From Archaeoglobaceae archaeon (GTDB lineage Archaea > Halobacteriota > Archaeoglobi > Archaeoglobales > Archaeoglobaceae): a stretch of 32,563 nt of DNA. The stretch is from contig JAWAQR010000014.1 in the NCBI GenBank assembly GCA_038893835.1, positions 1 to 32,563 on the forward strand, given 5' to 3'. The notes beneath the pieces are model-generated. The model was given only the letters and a program-made list of their open reading frames with translations, was not told where the DNA came from and did not search any database. How positions within the stretch are numbered: position 1 is the stretch's first letter; every line of letters starts with the position of its first letter. This document shows, piece by piece, positions 29,791 to 32,563 of the stretch. A program made the position numbers and the translations under genes.

Positions 29791-31035
29791 ATGAAAATGA
29801 AGATTTCATTTTATCCTGAAAGCTTTGAAAGCGGCATTTCGAGGAAGGAGGTTAAGAACAAGACTGTGGAGTTTAGGATGAGCATGTTCTCTGTTTGGAA
29901 ATCAGTTATTTCCGATTGTAGAAAAAGACTTGTTGCAGGAGTTCCTGAGATCGTTAGAATTAAACCGATAAGGATTCCAAAACACAGTTTTTTTAAGCAG
30001 GTTACAATTCCCAGACATCCAAATTTGATCCTTTTATCCCTTTTAGAACCATTTCATACTGGAAAAATGGTAACTCATGCTGCGGTATTGCCTTTGAAAG
30101 ATACGGAAATTGAACCTGATGATCTGCTAGGGGTTTTTGAAATTCAGTTCATTGGGACAGGAATTTTTAAAAATTTAAGGTCTAAAAAAATTCCAGAGAT
30201 AATCGGGATGGCGGAGCTTACTTATTTAAACCTTGTTTTTCCAGAGGGAAAAAAGTTAAGGCTAAAAGTATCTAACTTTGAATACAGAGCTGGAAAAATG
30301 GCTTATTGGTTACCGATAATAAGTAAAGAAAGTAAGGAAGTTGAGAGAGGAAAGATTGAGGAAATAAGGATAAGGGAAATAAACTTGCCACAGAAAACCA
30401 TAGTAAAGCCGCTTTGTGGAATAAATCACGCATTAGGTTCGGTTTTAGCATTATTGGGAGATTTGAAACTCGTTGAAGAAAATAGAAAGGTTAGAAAAGC
30501 AATATTCATGCCGCTTGAGGATGGTAGGATTGAAGATGGGGATCTCTTGGGAGCTCTCAACGTTTATTATCTTGCAGGTGTTAGCCAGTTCGACTTTGAT
30601 AGGGAAATGAAGGTGATGATGAGCTACAAGGAGGATGGGGAAGTTAAAAGGGTTGAAACTAAGAGAACTGCTACTGGCTATCTCAGATCTTTTTCGGGCA
30701 GTTTTACAGGTATAGTGGCAAAAGAAACGAGAAGTTTAAGAAAGGGGGAGCCTGTTCTGTTGAAGATAAGAGAACTAATTATTCCAGCGAACGCCATGCC
30801 ATCTTTAACAATATATCCAACGCATGCCTGTGGCTGTGTTCTAGATCTTAGAATGAAGAAGCCTAAGAGAATAGAGGAGGAAAAGAAAGTTGAAGAGGTT
30901 TTATTCTTTCCATTTTTTGACTGCGAGATTCAAGCAGATGACTTTCTTGGATTTCTCTGCGTTCATGAATTGCTTTGCAGTTGGAATGCGATGGAAGTAA
31001 AACCTGAATACTTGGATCGTTATTTGGTGGAGTAG
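29791..31035 (+). CDS. DUF22 repeat protein (three repeats)
   Basis: Three copies of I+.I.IP...H..G.VL...I..(G/D)D.LG, ending IEPDDLLGV, IEDGDLLGA and IQADDFLGF; recognised as the Archaeoglobus-associated DUF22 family. Confidence 0.7.
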   Translation: MKMKISFYPESFESGISRKEVKNKTVEFRMSMFSVWKSVISDCRKRLVAGVPEIVRIKPIRIPKHSFFKQVTIPRHPNLILLSLLEPFHTGKMVTHAAVLPLKDTEIEPDDLLGVFEIQFIGTGIFKNLRSKKIPEIIGMAELTYLNLVFPEGKKLRLKVSNFEYRAGKMAYWLPIISKESKEVERGKIEEIRIREINLPQKTIVKPLCGINHALGSVLALLGDLKLVEENRKVRKAIFMPLEDGRIEDGDLLGALNVYYLAGVSQFDFDREMKVMMSYKEDGEVKRVETKRTATGYLRSFSGSFTGIVAKETRSLRKGEPVLLKIRELIIPANAMPSLTIYPTHACGCVLDLRMKKPKRIEEEKKVEEVLFFPFFDCEIQADDFLGFLCVHELLCSWNAMEVKPEYLDRYLVE

Positions 31036-31103
31036 TTTTTGATTTCCTCTTTGCTCAACATTTTGAGGAAAAACGTATTAATCCTTGGACTCAACTCATT
31101 TTA

Positions 31104-31175
31104 GCCCCCGTGGGGTAGTGGATATCCTTAGGGGCTGCGGACTCCTAGACCCGGGTTCGACTCCCGGCGGGGGCA
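31104..31175 (+). tRNA. tRNA-Arg(GCG)
   Basis: Acceptor stem GCCCCCG/CGGGGGC plus A; anticodon stem AGGGG/CTCCT with loop CT-GCG-GA; T-arm CCGGG-TTCGACT-CCCGG. Confidence 0.95.
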
Positions 31176-31232
31176 CTAAATTTGTAAGTATATTTCACAT
31201 CATAAAATATGCATTTTATTTCTAGAGAAAAC

Positions 31233-31264
31233 TTTATATACTCGTTTCACTAACATTTTGTTAG
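31233..31264 (+). promoter_or_regulatory. hsp20 promoter: TATA box (31233-31240) and HSR1-type heat-shock operator CTAAC-N5-GTTAG (31250-31264)
   Basis: TTTATATA followed by an exact CTAAC-ATTTT-GTTAG palindrome, the motif described for the Archaeoglobus fulgidus repressor HSR1. Confidence 0.85.
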
Positions 31265-31277
31265 TGAGGTGAGGTGT

Positions 31278-31700
31278 ATGTGGAGGAGGGGATGGATCGA
31301 TCCCTTTGAAGAGTTGAGGAGAACTGTCGATAGGTTGAACAGGATGCTATTTGAAACGTTTGAACCATTTAGAGAATTCAGAGAATCAGTTGCAGTCGAC
31401 GTCATAGATGAGGGGGATAAGATAAAGGTGCTAGCAGATTTACCAGGATTTAAGAAAGAGGAAATAGAAGTCTTCTTTGAAGGCAACGACCTAGTTATAA
31501 AGGCTGAGAGCAAGGAGGAGAGTGAGGAGAAGGGAAGAGATTTCATAAGAAGAGAAAGGAGATATGGCAGGGTTTACAGGAAGATTGCTTTGCCAGAAGG
31601 GCTAAAGCTTGAAGGAGCGAAGGCCAGTTATAGGAACGGAGTGTTGGAAATCGAGATTCCAAAGGAGAAAGTTGAAAAGAAGATTATACCTCTCGAGTGA
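31278..31700 (+). CDS. hsp20: Small heat shock protein Hsp20
   Basis: DPFEEL, VDVIDEG, ADLPG, RRERRYG and ASYRNGVLEI motifs; GAGGTG ribosome-binding site before ATG 31278. Confidence 0.95.
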   Translation: MWRRGWIDPFEELRRTVDRLNRMLFETFEPFREFRESVAVDVIDEGDKIKVLADLPGFKKEEIEVFFEGNDLVIKAESKEESEEKGRDFIRRERRYGRVYRKIALPEGLKLEGAKASYRNGVLEIEIPKEKVEKKIIPLE

Positions 31701-32562
31701 ATTCCAATATTTCTTTTGCTGCTTTTTCCGCACAGGCCAGGGCTACAGACATACCCTTTCTTCCAAATCCGTTTAACTGGTAAAGCCCTTTTATCTTAGA
31801 AAATCCAACAACTGGTTTTCCATCGATACCTTCATCGTAAATCCCTGCCCATTGCCTTAGGATTGCCAATCCTTTCAGTTTTGGCACAAGCTCTGTGACT
31901 AGTTTTGCATAACGGATCAGAAAGTTGAGGCTGCTGTTAATTTTATCGCCAACGTTTCCAATTATACCTCCAACTATCTCCCCACGCATCGACTGGCTTA
32001 GAAATAGGCCATTGGAAACGTGGAGAATGTATGGATCTATATATGGCTTTATGCTTTCTGTCACGCAAATCTCTTCTCTTATGATTTTTCTCTCATCCCT
32101 GATTCCAAGCTTTTCGTTTATCTCCTTACTCCAAGCTCCAGCTGAATTGACAACAACCTCTGCTCCATGAAATTCCCCTGATTTTACACCCCTGACTTTT
32201 CCATCCTCAACAACCACTTCTACCTTTGTAAAGTCGTATATTTCAACACCAAGATCTCTACAACCCTTCAAAAGCCCCCAAATTACCGCCCAAGGAAATA
32301 TGACTGCTCCCTTTCGATAAAAGCTTGCCACTTTGAATGCACTGGTGTTTATGTCTTCAAAGATGTCTTTCACTTCCTCAGGGTTCAGGATTTTTACATT
32401 AATCCCCATCTTTCTCTGAACATCAACTTCTTTAAGCTCTTCAAAGCTATTTGCAAGTTTTAGATAACCATCTCTCCTTAAAAGAAAATTAAAGCCTATC
32501 TCAGATTGCAATCTGTCGTATAATTTCTCACTCCTTAACGCTAGCTTTATCAACTCCTCATC
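31684..32562 (-). CDS. FAD-dependent oxidoreductase, DAO/sarcosine oxidase beta/proline dehydrogenase beta-like (5' end outside window)
   Basis: VVNSAGAWS, ILRQWAG.YD...DGKPVVG and GF...G motifs; frame stays open to the window edge (DEELIKLA). Confidence 0.85.
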   Translation of the reverse strand, partial: DEELIKLALRSEKLYDRLQSEIGFNFLLRRDGYLKLANSFEELKEVDVQRKMGINVKILNPEEVKDIFEDINTSAFKVASFYRKGAVIFPWAVIWGLLKGCRDLGVEIYDFTKVEVVVEDGKVRGVKSGEFHGAEVVVNSAGAWSKEINEKLGIRDERKIIREEICVTESIKPYIDPYILHVSNGLFLSQSMRGEIVGGIIGNVGDKINSSLNFLIRYAKLVTELVPKLKGLAILRQWAGIYDEGIDGKPVVGFSKIKGLYQLNGFGRKGMSVALACAEKAAKEILEFTREV

Positions 32563-32563
32563 A

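Noticed and set aside
31111-31116. tRNA-Arg TGGGGT as target of the sRNA D' guide
   Set aside because: Only 6 bp of pairing, too short for a C/D guide duplex.

Overview
Gene-dense, mostly housekeeping archaeal window whose gene set and sequences point to Archaeoglobales (mch, HdrA-MvhD fusion, long-form AglB, DUF22, an HSR1-type operator). It holds about 30 CDSs, tRNA-Val(GAC) and tRNA-Arg(GCG); no CRISPR array, integrase or transposase was seen. Blocks include rpl21e-rpo4-DUF655, a redox cluster (hdrA-mvhD, FadH-like flavoenzyme, Lrp, peroxiredoxin), aglB plus a radical SAM/SPASM gene, oapABC/arvABC, TIP49, NOG1, HARP, and a ~9 kb pterin/flavin cofactor stretch. Elements not shown by the ORF track are a clean box C/D guide sRNA (23806-23859, minus) predicted to methylate wobble C34 of tRNA-Leu(CAA), a GC-rich structured RNA candidate with its own TATA box after tRNA-Val, a decayed TRAP/TAXI transporter remnant at the left edge, an HSR1 operator before hsp20, and a candidate Lrp operator between lrp and prx. 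All family calls come from motif recognition, not database searches.
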